DNA of 64,000 nucleotides from assembly GCA_016845065.1 (NCBI GenBank), contig JAERTG010000114.1, positions 3,243 through 67,242 of the forward strand. Direction: 5' to 3'. Shown piece by piece: positions 26,754-36,391 of the stretch. This DNA comes from Fidelibacterota bacterium. GTDB taxonomy: Bacteria > Fidelibacterota > UBA8477 > JABMPR01. Every line of letters starts with the position of its first letter. Position 1 is the stretch's first letter. The notes beneath the pieces were generated by a model, which was not told the origin of the DNA, searched no databases, and saw nothing but the letters and a program-made list of their open reading frames with translations. The translations under genes were made by a program, and so were the position numbers.

Positions 26754-29700
26754 TTAAGCTTCATCGTAGGATATGGCAGCAAGTTTAGCATAATAATCAT
26801 ACTTTTCTTTGGCTGCGACATCAGACGCTTCTATATATTTTTCCGATAGTTTTGGGTCAATACGACTCAGAATAGTAAATCTGGTTTCATTCATCGCATA
26901 CTCCTTGACATGCCTTTTAGGAGGTTTTGAATCTAGTGTGAGTGGATTTTTACCTTCAATGGCTAGCATTGGATTATAGCGATAAAGCGTCCAGTAGGCA
27001 CTTTCGACGGCCAACTTCTGCTGATCCATCCCCTTCGCCATATCAATTCCATGTGCAATACATTGGCTGTAAGCAATGATGAGGGAAGGACCCTCATAAG
27101 CCTCAGCTTCCATAAAGGCACGTACGGTCTGAGCGTCATTAGAGCCCATAGCTACGGAAGCGACATAGACGTTTTTGTAGCTCATTGCCATCATACCCAG
27201 ATCTTTTTTTCCAGATGGCTTTCCAGCTGCCGCAAATTTTGCGACCGCTCCCAGAGGTGTCGATTTTGATTTCTGTCCACCAGTATTCGAATAGACCTCA
27301 GTATCCAGAACCAATATGTTCACATTCTTACCTGAAGCCAGGACATGATCAAGGCCACCATAACCAATATCATAAGCCCAGCCATCTCCACCCATAATCC
27401 AGACACTCTTCTTTACCAGATTGTCCGCAACTGAGAGCAGCTGTCTTCCAAGAGGTGAATCCAGTTTCTCAACAATATCTGTCATCTGCTTCACGCGCAT
27501 CCGTTGCTCAAATATCTCTGGTTCATTGGCCTGAGAGGCATTGGCAATGGAAGTAACCAGTTCATTACCGATATCATCCTTGAGCAGAATCATGAGCTCC
27601 TTGGCATGTTCAAGGTGCTTGTCAATAGTCAGGCGGTAACCGAGACCAAATTCAGCATTGTCTTCAAAGAGTGAGTTGTTCCAGGTTGGTCCCCGTCCTT
27701 CTTTGTTAGTTGCCCAGGGAGTAGTTGGAAGATTTCCACCATAAATGGATGAACACCCCGTAGCATTGGCAATGATCATTCGATCGCCAAACAATTGGGA
27801 TGTAAGTTTCACATATGGGGTTTCTCCACAACCCACACAGGCTCCAGAGAATTCAAACAGTGGTTGCAGAAGTTGTGATCCTTTAACAGTGGTATGTTTT
27901 GGAGCAGCGCGATCTACTTCTGGAAGCTCCATGAAGAAATCCCAATTGGCCCGTTCAGCTTCTCGAAGGGGTCTTTGATCAGCCATGTTGATGGCCTTAC
28001 GACTAAGATTACTCTTATCACGAGCAGGGCATATCTCAACACACAGGTTGCAACCTGTACAATCTTCAACTGCAACCTGGAGGATATACTGCGAGCCAGT
28101 TTCCCATTCTTTACCTTTGGCATTAACATGCTTTACAGTTTCTGGGCTGTCTTTGAACGCATCCTCACCTGCAATTTTAGGACGAATAGCAGCATGTGGA
28201 CAAACCATGGCACATTTGTTACACTGGATACAAATATCTGGTTCCCAGACAGGTACTTCCAGAGCGATATTCCTCTTCTCCCATTGGGTGGTTGCAGTTG
28301 GCCAGGTACCATCATTTGGCATGGCACTGACAGGCAGATCATCACCACGACCGGCAATAATTTCTGCTGTGACTTTCTGGACAAACTCTGGTGCAGCTTC
28401 AGGAACGATTAGCCGGAGAGCATCACTTCCAGTCATTGTATCAGGAACATTAACTTCAAATAAATTTGAGACTGACTGATCAACAGCTGTATAATTCTTT
28501 TCAACAACTGCATCACCCTTTTTGCCATAAGTCTTAAAAATGGCCTCTTTAATCTTGGCAATGGATTCATCTTTGGGAAGAATTCCTGATATGGCAAAGA
28601 AACAGGTCTGCATGATGGTGTTGATACGCATACCCATGCCCGTTTCACGAGCCACAGTTACCGCATCAATAACATAGAATTTCAGTTTTTTATCAATGAT
28701 TTGTTTCTGATATTTTCGGGAGAGCCCACCCCAAACCTCATCTTTATTCAGATGGCTGTTCAGCAGGAAGGTGGCCCCTTCCTCAGCCTTATCAAGAATA
28801 TCAAATTGTTCCAATAACTCATACTGGTGACATGCGATAAAATTCGCCTGATCGATGAGATAAGTTGACTTGATCTCATCTTTGCCGAAGCGGAGGTGAG
28901 ATGTCGTGGTACTTCCTGATTTTTTAGAATCGTAAACAAAGTAACCCTGGGCAAAATTTTCCGTTCCCTCACCAATAATCTTGATGGAGTTTTTGTTGGC
29001 ACCTACAGTACCATCAGAACCCAGACCATAGAAGAGACCGCGGAATACTTTTCCTTTGGATGTTCTATAGTTTGCATCGTAATCAAGAGATGTAAATGAA
29101 ACATCATCATTGATGCCAATTGTGAAGTGATTTTTTGGTTTTTCATTGTTGAGGTTATCGTAAACACCCTTGATCATACCTGGTGTGAATTCCTTTGAAG
29201 AGAGACCATATCGCCCACCAACAATAGTTGGCATGTCGTCAAACTGATAATAATCTTCTGTTTTTGCTTCAGCGAAGGCAGTGAGAACATCCTGGTACAT
29301 GGGCTCACCAGCACCACCAGGTTCCTTTGTTCTATCCATAACTGCTATTTTTTTCACGGAGGCGGGTAAAGCGGAGATAAAATGTTTGATTGAGAAGGGT
29401 CTAAAAAGTCTGATTTTTACCATTCCAACTTTTTCACCGTCTGCAATCATTTGAGTCACTGTCTCTTCAACAGTTTCAGCACCGGAACCCATGATGATGA
29501 TGACACGTTCAGCATCTTCGGCACCGACATAGTCAAATAAATTATATTTGCGACCAGCGATTTTAGCAAAGCGATCCATGGTCCTCTGAACTAATTCTGG
29601 AGCTGCTTCGTAATAAGGATTCACCGTCTCACGACCCTGGAAGTAAACATCAGGATTTTGGGCAGTTCCTCTGAGAACTGGATGATTAGGGTTCATACCA

Positions 29701-30317
29701 CGGTTACGGTGGGCAATAACCCATTCATCATCGATCATACCACGAATATCATCATCGTCCAGCTGTTCTATTTTCATGACTTCATGTGAGGTTCGGAATC
29801 CATCAAAGAAGTGGATAAAGGGAACTCTGGTCTGGAGGGTTGCTGATTGAGCAATGAGAGCACAGTCCATAACCTCTTGGACCGAGTTTGCTGCCAGCAT
29901 TCCCCAGCCAGTGGCCCGAGTGGCCATGACGTCGGAGTGATCGCCAAAAATTGAAAGAGCTTGTGCAGCGAGAGACCGAGCGGATACATGAAACACTGTC
30001 GAGGTTAACTCACCAGCAATTTTGTACATATTGGGAATCATAAGTAACAAGCCCTGTGAAGCAGTAAAAGTCGTGGTCAAAGCACCAGTCTGCAAAGCAC
30101 CATGGACAGCTCCTGCTGCACCACCTTCACTTTGCATTTCTTCTACTGTAGGAATCGTTCCCCAGATATTTTTTCTACCCTGTGCGCTAAAGGCATCAGC
30201 CAGCTCACCCATGTTTGATGAGGGAGTAATTGGATAGATCGCACAGATCTCGTTGGTTTTGTGGGCGATGTATGCTGCTGCATCATTACCGTCGATGGTT
30301 ACCATCTTACGTGTCAT
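26754..30317 (-). CDS. nifJ: pyruvate:ferredoxin (flavodoxin) oxidoreductase
   Basis: 1187-aa single-chain PFOR. Two ferredoxin-type motifs (CIQCNKCAMVCP, CTGCNLCVEICP) and the ThDP motif GGDGWAYDIGYGGLDH. Confidence 0.95.
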   Translation of the reverse strand: MTRKMVTIDGNDAAAYIAHKTNEICAIYPITPSSNMGELADAFSAQGRKNIWGTIPTVEEMQSEGGAAGAVHGALQTGALTTTFTASQGLLLMIPNMYKIAGELTSTVFHVSARSLAAQALSIFGDHSDVMATRATGWGMLAANSVQEVMDCALIAQSATLQTRVPFIHFFDGFRTSHEVMKIEQLDDDDIRGMIDDEWVIAHRNRGMNPNHPVLRGTAQNPDVYFQGRETVNPYYEAAPELVQRTMDRFAKIAGRKYNLFDYVGAEDAERVIIIMGSGAETVEETVTQMIADGEKVGMVKIRLFRPFSIKHFISALPASVKKIAVMDRTKEPGGAGEPMYQDVLTAFAEAKTEDYYQFDDMPTIVGGRYGLSSKEFTPGMIKGVYDNLNNEKPKNHFTIGINDDVSFTSLDYDANYRTSKGKVFRGLFYGLGSDGTVGANKNSIKIIGEGTENFAQGYFVYDSKKSGSTTTSHLRFGKDEIKSTYLIDQANFIACHQYELLEQFDILDKAEEGATFLLNSHLNKDEVWGGLSRKYQKQIIDKKLKFYVIDAVTVARETGMGMRINTIMQTCFFAISGILPKDESIAKIKEAIFKTYGKKGDAVVEKNYTAVDQSVSNLFEVNVPDTMTGSDALRLIVPEAAPEFVQKVTAEIIAGRGDDLPVSAMPNDGTWPTATTQWEKRNIALEVPVWEPDICIQCNKCAMVCPHAAIRPKIAGEDAFKDSPETVKHVNAKGKEWETGSQYILQVAVEDCTGCNLCVEICPARDKSNLSRKAINMADQRPLREAERANWDFFMELPEVDRAAPKHTTVKGSQLLQPLFEFSGACVGCGETPYVKLTSQLFGDRMIIANATGCSSIYGGNLPTTPWATNKEGRGPTWNNSLFEDNAEFGLGYRLTIDKHLEHAKELMILLKDDIGNELVTSIANASQANEPEIFEQRMRVKQMTDIVEKLDSPLGRQLLSVADNLVKKSVWIMGGDGWAYDIGYGGLDHVLASGKNVNILVLDTEVYSNTGGQKSKSTPLGAVAKFAAAGKPSGKKDLGMMAMSYKNVYVASVAMGSNDAQTVRAFMEAEAYEGPSLIIAYSQCIAHGIDMAKGMDQQKLAVESAYWTLYRYNPMLAIEGKNPLTLDSKPPKRHVKEYAMNETRFTILSRIDPKLSEKYIEASDVAAKEKYDYYAKLAAISYDEA

Positions 30318-30412
30318 TTATTTCTCCTGTATATGTCGCGTGGATTTGATCCTGAGAATTGTTCGTAAAGCATCACAAATTCATATGTAAATATCATGCC
30401 AAACAAAACTGT

Positions 30413-30433
30413 ATTACCAATTATTTTGGTAAT
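30413..30433. promoter_or_regulatory. perfect palindrome ATTACCAA-N5-TTGGTAAT upstream of nifJ (candidate operator)
   Basis: Read directly. It lies about 100 nt upstream of the nifJ start codon in the 171-nt intergenic region. Confidence 0.4.
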
Positions 30434-30488
30434 ATGACGAATTTTATCACCCAGATGAAAACATTTTAACCTGAAAACTTAACGAAGA

Positions 30489-31919
30489 CTATTTCAAGTA
30501 GATAAAAGAACCGCTTCCAACTTGATGTTGTGGGGTCAGAATGGAATAGTAATAAAGACCACCACTCAGATTGCTATCACGGAGATTGATAGGCAGTTTG
30601 TGTTGCCCTGACCCAAGAAATCCAAACTCGATGTTATGGACTACCTGACCTCGTAGATTATAGAGACGTGCACTGATCATTTCCCCAGAGCTTATCTGGA
30701 CGGGGATTGTCGTCCTGCTATTAAAGGGATTGGGAAAGGCACTCCCTGCGATTTCAGTCTGCACAGGGTGATTGGAGGTCTCATTACTTATTGAGGTTGG
30801 CAGGCCATTTGTAAGCAGCCAATCCGTACTTAGAGTAGTGACATCACCAATTGTGTTACTCATGGGAATACCATCCATCTCAAGACGGGCATTTCCTTCT
30901 GCAGTATAGGCAAATATCGCACTTCCTAAACCAATGGGAAGGTAGAGTTGGGTGAATTGATCAGGATCCGGAATATCACCTGATTCTAGAAGCAGTAGAA
31001 TCTCATCAATGGATACATCCCTAAGCATATAGGGAACGGCTTGAGGGAAAGTGTTGTCCGTAAGTGAAATGTTGAACTCTGAATTTGATCCATCCAGTGG
31101 AAAGTGAGAGTCATCTCCCCTGAGAATCACACCATAGACATTAAACAAGTTCTGAGGGAGCTGCTGATATGATATACAATTATAGGTTAAGGTATCTCCA
31201 ACCTGGGTCAACACAGCACCTGCACCTTCCGAATCAGTCAGTGGATTTAACACACCATCAATGGATCCTGATTCGCTCCCCGTTGTATAATCCACGGTAC
31301 CTTGTGTATATGCTGAAACTGGCAGTGTATTCCAGAGATTAAAACTCCCGTTACTTATGGTTAAAAGCTGAAGACTTGTGTTAACCATCACGCCGGTGAA
31401 ATTCATCGAAAAATGGAAGGGGCTTGAGATCAGGATGTCAAGATCTCCCGAAACAGAAATAAAGGGATTGAAGGCTGAAAGTGAATCCAAAGTAAAAGAC
31501 GCATCGAGCAGATCGGCCAGACTTTCCGGGTCCACTTCGCTAAGCCAGACAAACATCTTCAAGGCGTCAGGGGATGGGTTCACACTGTACTCTCCTTCCC
31601 CAAGGGCTACGGTATCACTCATGAAGACAACAAAGATATCCGCCAGTGTATCACTGCCAGCTACATACAGATCGTACGCAACCAGCGTCACCAGATTCGT
31701 ATCACCCAAGGCAAGATCAAAACCACCAACTCCTTCATGTGGTACTGCATCAGAGATTAAATCACCTGACAGTTCAACAGTCTGTCCTGGAGATGGGAAG
31801 CTCTGATAGGTAAAACTCAAATCTCCCGTGTTCCAGGCGCTCTGTCCCAGAAGGAAATTAACCATTGCCAAAAGGAGGAGCAGCCTCATTAGTTTTCCTT
31901 GAGCTTTCATCTTTATCAT
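30489..31919 (-). CDS. secreted protein of unknown function with a C-terminal PNPFN-type sorting domain
   Basis: Signal peptide (MRLLLLLAMVNFLLGQS). C-terminal AFPNPFNSRTTIPV ... GGLYYYSI. The start overlaps the upstream gene's stop as ATGA. Confidence 0.6.
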   Translation of the reverse strand: MIKMKAQGKLMRLLLLLAMVNFLLGQSAWNTGDLSFTYQSFPSPGQTVELSGDLISDAVPHEGVGGFDLALGDTNLVTLVAYDLYVAGSDTLADIFVVFMSDTVALGEGEYSVNPSPDALKMFVWLSEVDPESLADLLDASFTLDSLSAFNPFISVSGDLDILISSPFHFSMNFTGVMVNTSLQLLTISNGSFNLWNTLPVSAYTQGTVDYTTGSESGSIDGVLNPLTDSEGAGAVLTQVGDTLTYNCISYQQLPQNLFNVYGVILRGDDSHFPLDGSNSEFNISLTDNTFPQAVPYMLRDVSIDEILLLLESGDIPDPDQFTQLYLPIGLGSAIFAYTAEGNARLEMDGIPMSNTIGDVTTLSTDWLLTNGLPTSISNETSNHPVQTEIAGSAFPNPFNSRTTIPVQISSGEMISARLYNLRGQVVHNIEFGFLGSGQHKLPINLRDSNLSGGLYYYSILTPQHQVGSGSFIYLK

Positions 31920-33214
31920 AGTGTGTATTTCAATCCAAATTGTAGGTTAGAAAAGGAATTTTCCAAGTCGACGGAACGCTCAATACTACTATCTAGCGTG
32001 TGGTTAAGATCGCTTTGCCATTGTTCGTTGCGAAAAGCCAGGGTGAACCCAAGTCCTGATCGAAGCTGATAACCAATACCCGCATCCATTCGTATAATAT
32101 TGTCGAAGCGATAGTTGAGCGGGTCATTCATCAAAGTAGCTGCAAATGAAAGGTTTAGTGGATCAAGGGTCCAATGCAGGGAAGCAGAAAATTCATGTAC
32201 GTCCTGCACATACCTACTGACTTCATCATCAATCTGCTGATTTAGATTTTTCCCTGTTTCAGAGTCATATAAATCGCCCTTCATAAAGACTGAGGAATAC
32301 TTATGGAATCTATAGTTAATACTTGCTTCAAATGGATTGGCGACAAATCCCAGACCAAGACCCAATCGCCAAGGTCCCCAAGATGTGTACTCCAAACCAG
32401 ACCACTTGCTGTGAGAGAATACTTGTTTATCACCATCATCATACCACTCAATCGAATCACGTGTAGCTGATTCCTCTACAGAAATTCGTGAGGGTAATTC
32501 GATGGACACACCAAAATTAAGATTGTCAGTAACCTGACTCAGGAGACCAACACGGGCTCCGAATCCAGAATAGCTTGGACTGAAGTGCAAACTATCGATA
32601 AATCTGTCAAAACTGTAATAGTCGTATGGATCGGATTCTTCGTACAACTTGCTAAATGAATTCTTTCCCGTGAGGTAGCTTACAGCATAGCCAATAGATG
32701 TATTCATGGTCAGCAATACCGAAGTACCTGCGGTCAGAGCATACATATCTCCAGTTTCACCATACAAATACTTGTAGGCAAAAACTGTATCTGGACTTGA
32801 ATCGTAATCGAATTCTTGAAATTGACTAATACTGCTGAAGGAATTCACACGCTGTAAATTGACTCCCCAGACCCAGGCACCTCTGTAGACCTGAACTGGT
32901 TTGATGTAGGAGATGGAATTAAATCGTAATTGTTGATCTTGAAGGTTTTCCCATACTGTAGAATTGAAAACGCTTTTACCAGAAACTTGATCATAACTTA
33001 AATCTGCAGAAAAAAATGCACGTTCACTGTAGCTTAGGATGGCAGGATTACCGAGCAGAGCATTACCTGCACCCATGGAAGCAGGGATCACACCACTTTC
33101 AGAGCCTGAGATGCCTCTCATTCCCCGAAAAGGTCTGAGAACATCTAAATAATTTTGAGAAAATAGATTCACTCCCCATAAGAGAATGGCGATAAAAAGT
33201 ATTCTGTTTTTCAT
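31916..33214 (-). CDS. putative outer-membrane beta-barrel protein (FadL/PorV-like NPA motif)
   Basis: Signal peptide. GAGNALLGNPAILSY resembles the G-x-A ... NPAG motif of FadL/PorV-type barrels. An alternating amphipathic pattern runs through to the C-terminus. Confidence 0.5.
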   Translation of the reverse strand: MKNRILFIAILLWGVNLFSQNYLDVLRPFRGMRGISGSESGVIPASMGAGNALLGNPAILSYSERAFFSADLSYDQVSGKSVFNSTVWENLQDQQLRFNSISYIKPVQVYRGAWVWGVNLQRVNSFSSISQFQEFDYDSSPDTVFAYKYLYGETGDMYALTAGTSVLLTMNTSIGYAVSYLTGKNSFSKLYEESDPYDYYSFDRFIDSLHFSPSYSGFGARVGLLSQVTDNLNFGVSIELPSRISVEESATRDSIEWYDDGDKQVFSHSKWSGLEYTSWGPWRLGLGLGFVANPFEASINYRFHKYSSVFMKGDLYDSETGKNLNQQIDDEVSRYVQDVHEFSASLHWTLDPLNLSFAATLMNDPLNYRFDNIIRMDAGIGYQLRSGLGFTLAFRNEQWQSDLNHTLDSSIERSVDLENSFSNLQFGLKYTL

Positions 33215-33220
33215 ATTGAT

Positions 33221-33886
33221 TTACTTCCGCGTTCTCGTGCGTTTTTTCGGAGGTGGATCGGATTTTTCTGTTTCTTTTTGCTTCTTAACAGTCCTCGATT
33301 TGGTGGATTTGACAGGTTTTGATTTATTCGCTTTCACCGGTTTTGATTTATTTATCACTGGCTTCGCATCGTTGTTTCTGGTCTTCCTGGTTATTGTCGA
33401 CTTTGTGATTACAGGTTCGCTAATGACGGGCTGCAATATTGGTGAAGCAGCAGAGGACATACCACTTCCTATTCCACCTGTACTCCCCTTGCTCCCTGAG
33501 CCTGATGTGGGAGAAAAATCATTCCTCTCACGCAACCTTGATCCACCTTGCTTCTCGTCTCGATCAAAGTCCCTTCCTGGTTCAGGATTTCTTGTTTCGC
33601 TCACCACATATACGGGTGCATAATGTGGGTGATGATAATCATAATAATTGTAGGGGCTATAGTAGGATGCACCGTATCCAGTGTGATAACTGGTAAACGG
33701 CAAGGCAGGCTCCCAATATGGATCCCAGCCATACATACCTGAACCTCCGATGCTACTTACCATGGCAGGTTCAGAAATAATGGTTGTTGTTGTTTGTGGG
33801 AGTGTCTGTGGTGGATAAAGCATGGTATAACAAGACTGCAGCGCCACTGTCATTAATATTACCACTACTAGTCTATTTATACGCAT
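33221..33886 (-). CDS. lipoprotein with a Tyr/His-rich segment and a highly basic Lys-rich tail
   Basis: MRINRLVVVILMTVALQSC lipobox, with an alternative upstream ATG at 33928. YGASYYSPYNYYDYHHPHYAPVY, then NKSKPVK twice and KKRTRTRK at the end. Confidence 0.55.
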   Translation of the reverse strand: MRINRLVVVILMTVALQSCYTMLYPPQTLPQTTTTIISEPAMVSSIGGSGMYGWDPYWEPALPFTSYHTGYGASYYSPYNYYDYHHPHYAPVYVVSETRNPEPGRDFDRDEKQGGSRLRERNDFSPTSGSGSKGSTGGIGSGMSSAASPILQPVISEPVITKSTITRKTRNNDAKPVINKSKPVKANKSKPVKSTKSRTVKKQKETEKSDPPPKKRTRTRK

Positions 33887-34061
33887 AAGTGGAGGGAAGT
33901 TAGCTTTCAGAGTTTGAAATGTCAACATGGTGTACCCCTTTCATCCTACTCTGGAACGGTAATGTAATAAGTAAGTTCCCAAACTACATAGGAGCATATA
34001 CTCTTTTTAGACGCTCGAATAGGGAAAAAGTAAGGGTAGGCCGTTGCCTCGCACGATGGTT

Positions 34062-34748
34062 TTAAATAATTACCGATATAATCAGGATTAAAATTGTGAT
34101 CCCCAACACTGAGAGAAGGTACAATCCCAGTGTCAGGAAGAGCGCCGTGATAACAGTAACCATAAACGATCCCACATCCATGGCATAGATGGTTCTCAAG
34201 CCTACATATCCAAGATATATAGTCATACCCAGTGAGAAAATACCTCCTACTACAGGAAGTAGGATCAATAGTGAGGCAGTCCCACTCGCATAAGCGAACA
34301 TTCTGAAGATGAGTGTGAAATCATAGGTTTGAAGATCTCTCCATTTCAGAGAGAGGTGGACACCAAATGCCGAGACAAACTGAAGCAGAATGACTGAAAT
34401 TGGATATGCAAGCACCATGATTTGGGCAAAATTTTCTGGTAAATTAAGCATATCCCGGAGCTCTGGATTCTGAGGTAAAAACATTTCAGCATCAGGTTCA
34501 GCAAGTGTGAATGTCCACAAAAATGTAAACACCTGTATAGCTACCGTGTAAACCAGGGCATCACTAATTCCGGCATTCCTTCTCATAACACTAAAAGTTG
34601 CTGCCGGTCTCAATAAAAATGCCTTTATCGTTTCAATAAAGGCAACAAAGAAACCTAGTTCATGTTTCTTCTCCCAGGGTGGACCATCGATGATAAATGG
34701 TAATATCTCTGGGCTATCGGGTTTTTCAGGTTGTTCCATTTGGTTCAT
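34062..34748 (-). CDS. Yip1-domain-like polytopic membrane protein
   Basis: A soluble N-terminus is followed by about five hydrophobic helices. The layout and the PWE ... GF ... F ... T motif region resemble Yip1/DUF1282 proteins. Confidence 0.5.
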   Translation of the reverse strand: MNQMEQPEKPDSPEILPFIIDGPPWEKKHELGFFVAFIETIKAFLLRPAATFSVMRRNAGISDALVYTVAIQVFTFLWTFTLAEPDAEMFLPQNPELRDMLNLPENFAQIMVLAYPISVILLQFVSAFGVHLSLKWRDLQTYDFTLIFRMFAYASGTASLLILLPVVGGIFSLGMTIYLGYVGLRTIYAMDVGSFMVTVITALFLTLGLYLLSVLGITILILIISVII

Positions 34749-34773
34749 TTTAGCGTTTTCTATCCTAACTGCA

Positions 34774-34799
34774 ATAAAAAAAGCCCCACCAGGGGGCTT
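34774..34799 (-). terminator. intrinsic terminator after the S8 protease gene
   Basis: Stem AAGCCCC/GGGGCTT with loop ACCAG, then TTTTTTT on the minus strand. Confidence 0.8.
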
Positions 34800-34819
34800 T
34801 TGGTCAAGTCCTTAGTTTT

Positions 34820-36391
34820 TTATAGAGTTAGTATCCACTCTACAAGAACAACAATATCTAGAATATCAACCTGGAGATCATTATTAATGTCGGCTACCTC
34901 AAATTCCATTTCAGAAAGCTCAGTGTCAGACAGAACCCATTCTAATAATAACACTGCATCACTAACATTCAGGTCATCATCATTGTTCACATCACCAAAA
35001 ACATTCCCAAAGTCATAATCCAGTGCGGCCATCACATCGACGAGTCCAAAACCACGAGTATTATCAGGGGATGTATTCCCGTCGGCAGTCATCATAAGTG
35101 CTTCTCTGACCATCATGGGTGACCAATTTGGATGCGCTTCGAGGAGCACCGCGCAAGCTCCAGCAATCAGTGGTGCGGCAAAACTTGTCCCCGACCCAGA
35201 AATATATTCTCTTGTACTGTCAGTGCCTGCCAGGAACGTGCCCACGCCTCTGGCTAAAACCTCTGGTTTGATGCGTCCATCTGCAGTTGGACCGTGAGAA
35301 CTAAAACTCGCTGCTACGTTAAAAGCATCAACTGCTCCAACAGAAATGACCGAGTCTGCATCGGCAGGAGCGATAATATGAAACCAGTTCGTATTACCTT
35401 CATTACCTGCAGACGTCACACAAACTATTCCCAGACTTGTGGCATAATCGACACCACGGGTAGTTATGGCAGTTTCTCCGTCTAAATCGTCCTCATAAGT
35501 ATACCACTCAAGATAGCCAAGTGAACTGGAAGCAATATCAGCTCCTAAGGCTTCACCCCATTCCAGAGCCGCAACAAATAAATCTTCTTCAGCTTCGATT
35601 TCCTCATCAAGTATTTCAGTTTTGGCCAGAAGAAATTTACACTCGTATGCAGTTCCTCGAAGTTCACCATCGACAAATCCACCAGCAGCTGATGCTGTGG
35701 CTGTACCATGATCATGTTGACCAGCGACATCTCCCTCTTGGTTTGAGGTGATTGAATCACCTTGAACAAAATCATATTCTGCGACGATACGTTCTTCCTG
35801 AAAAACCAAATGATCAGTGTAAAATCCCGTGTCCAACATTAACAGCCAAATATCAGTACCCGTTAAACCAAGTTCATGTGCCGCTACCACGTTGATCTGT
35901 TCGTTTTGGTCATAGCTTGAACCATAGTCAGCATCTGTAAGATAGACTTCTTCATCACGGGTATTCCGCTTGATGGTTTTTTTGGTGACCTTGTGAATGC
36001 GCTTAGTCTTTTTGACAAGCATATTTCCATCTAGATCATCGATAAAATCTTGAGATGCCTGAACCGAGACAGCGTTCAACCATCTACTAACTGTGCGGAC
36101 TTTTACATCTGGACCAAGAATTTCGTCGATATAAAGAGCCGGAACTGGAAGATCCTGATAGGCTGGACCTGTAACAGTACCACGCAAGGCTCTTCTATCT
36201 AAAGCACGTTGCGACAAATGAGGAAATTCATGTTCTGCAGGGTTAAAACTAGTCTGATCCGTCACTTCTTTGTCGTGAAAAAAGATCCAATAGGGTTGGT
36301 TCTCATCTTCATCTTGGCCATAGGCCGAGAATCCACAAAGTAGTGTAATTATTAGAAATGTTATGTAGCGTTGCGACTCGCGCATTTCCAC
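34820..36391 (-). CDS. S8 subtilisin-family serine protease with a C-terminal dockerin-like repeat pair
   Basis: Catalytic triad contexts LMLDTGF (D), HDHGTATAS (H) and GSGTSFAAP (S). The C-terminal GDVNNDDDLNVSDAVLLLEWVL and ADINNDLQVDILDIVVLVEWIL are two dockerin-type Ca-binding repeats. Confidence 0.88.
   Translation of the reverse strand: MEMRESQRYITFLIITLLCGFSAYGQDEDENQPYWIFFHDKEVTDQTSFNPAEHEFPHLSQRALDRRALRGTVTGPAYQDLPVPALYIDEILGPDVKVRTVSRWLNAVSVQASQDFIDDLDGNMLVKKTKRIHKVTKKTIKRNTRDEEVYLTDADYGSSYDQNEQINVVAAHELGLTGTDIWLLMLDTGFYTDHLVFQEERIVAEYDFVQGDSITSNQEGDVAGQHDHGTATASAAGGFVDGELRGTAYECKFLLAKTEILDEEIEAEEDLFVAALEWGEALGADIASSSLGYLEWYTYEDDLDGETAITTRGVDYATSLGIVCVTSAGNEGNTNWFHIIAPADADSVISVGAVDAFNVAASFSSHGPTADGRIKPEVLARGVGTFLAGTDSTREYISGSGTSFAAPLIAGACAVLLEAHPNWSPMMVREALMMTADGNTSPDNTRGFGLVDVMAALDYDFGNVFGDVNNDDDLNVSDAVLLLEWVLSDTELSEMEFEVADINNDLQVDILDIVVLVEWILTL

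Noticed and set aside
27894-28479. Two overlapping plus-strand ORFs (172 and 164 aa) inside nifJ
   Set aside because: They are antisense to the unambiguous PFOR reading frame, in two different frames, with no motifs. They are by-products of the nifJ frame rather than separate genes.
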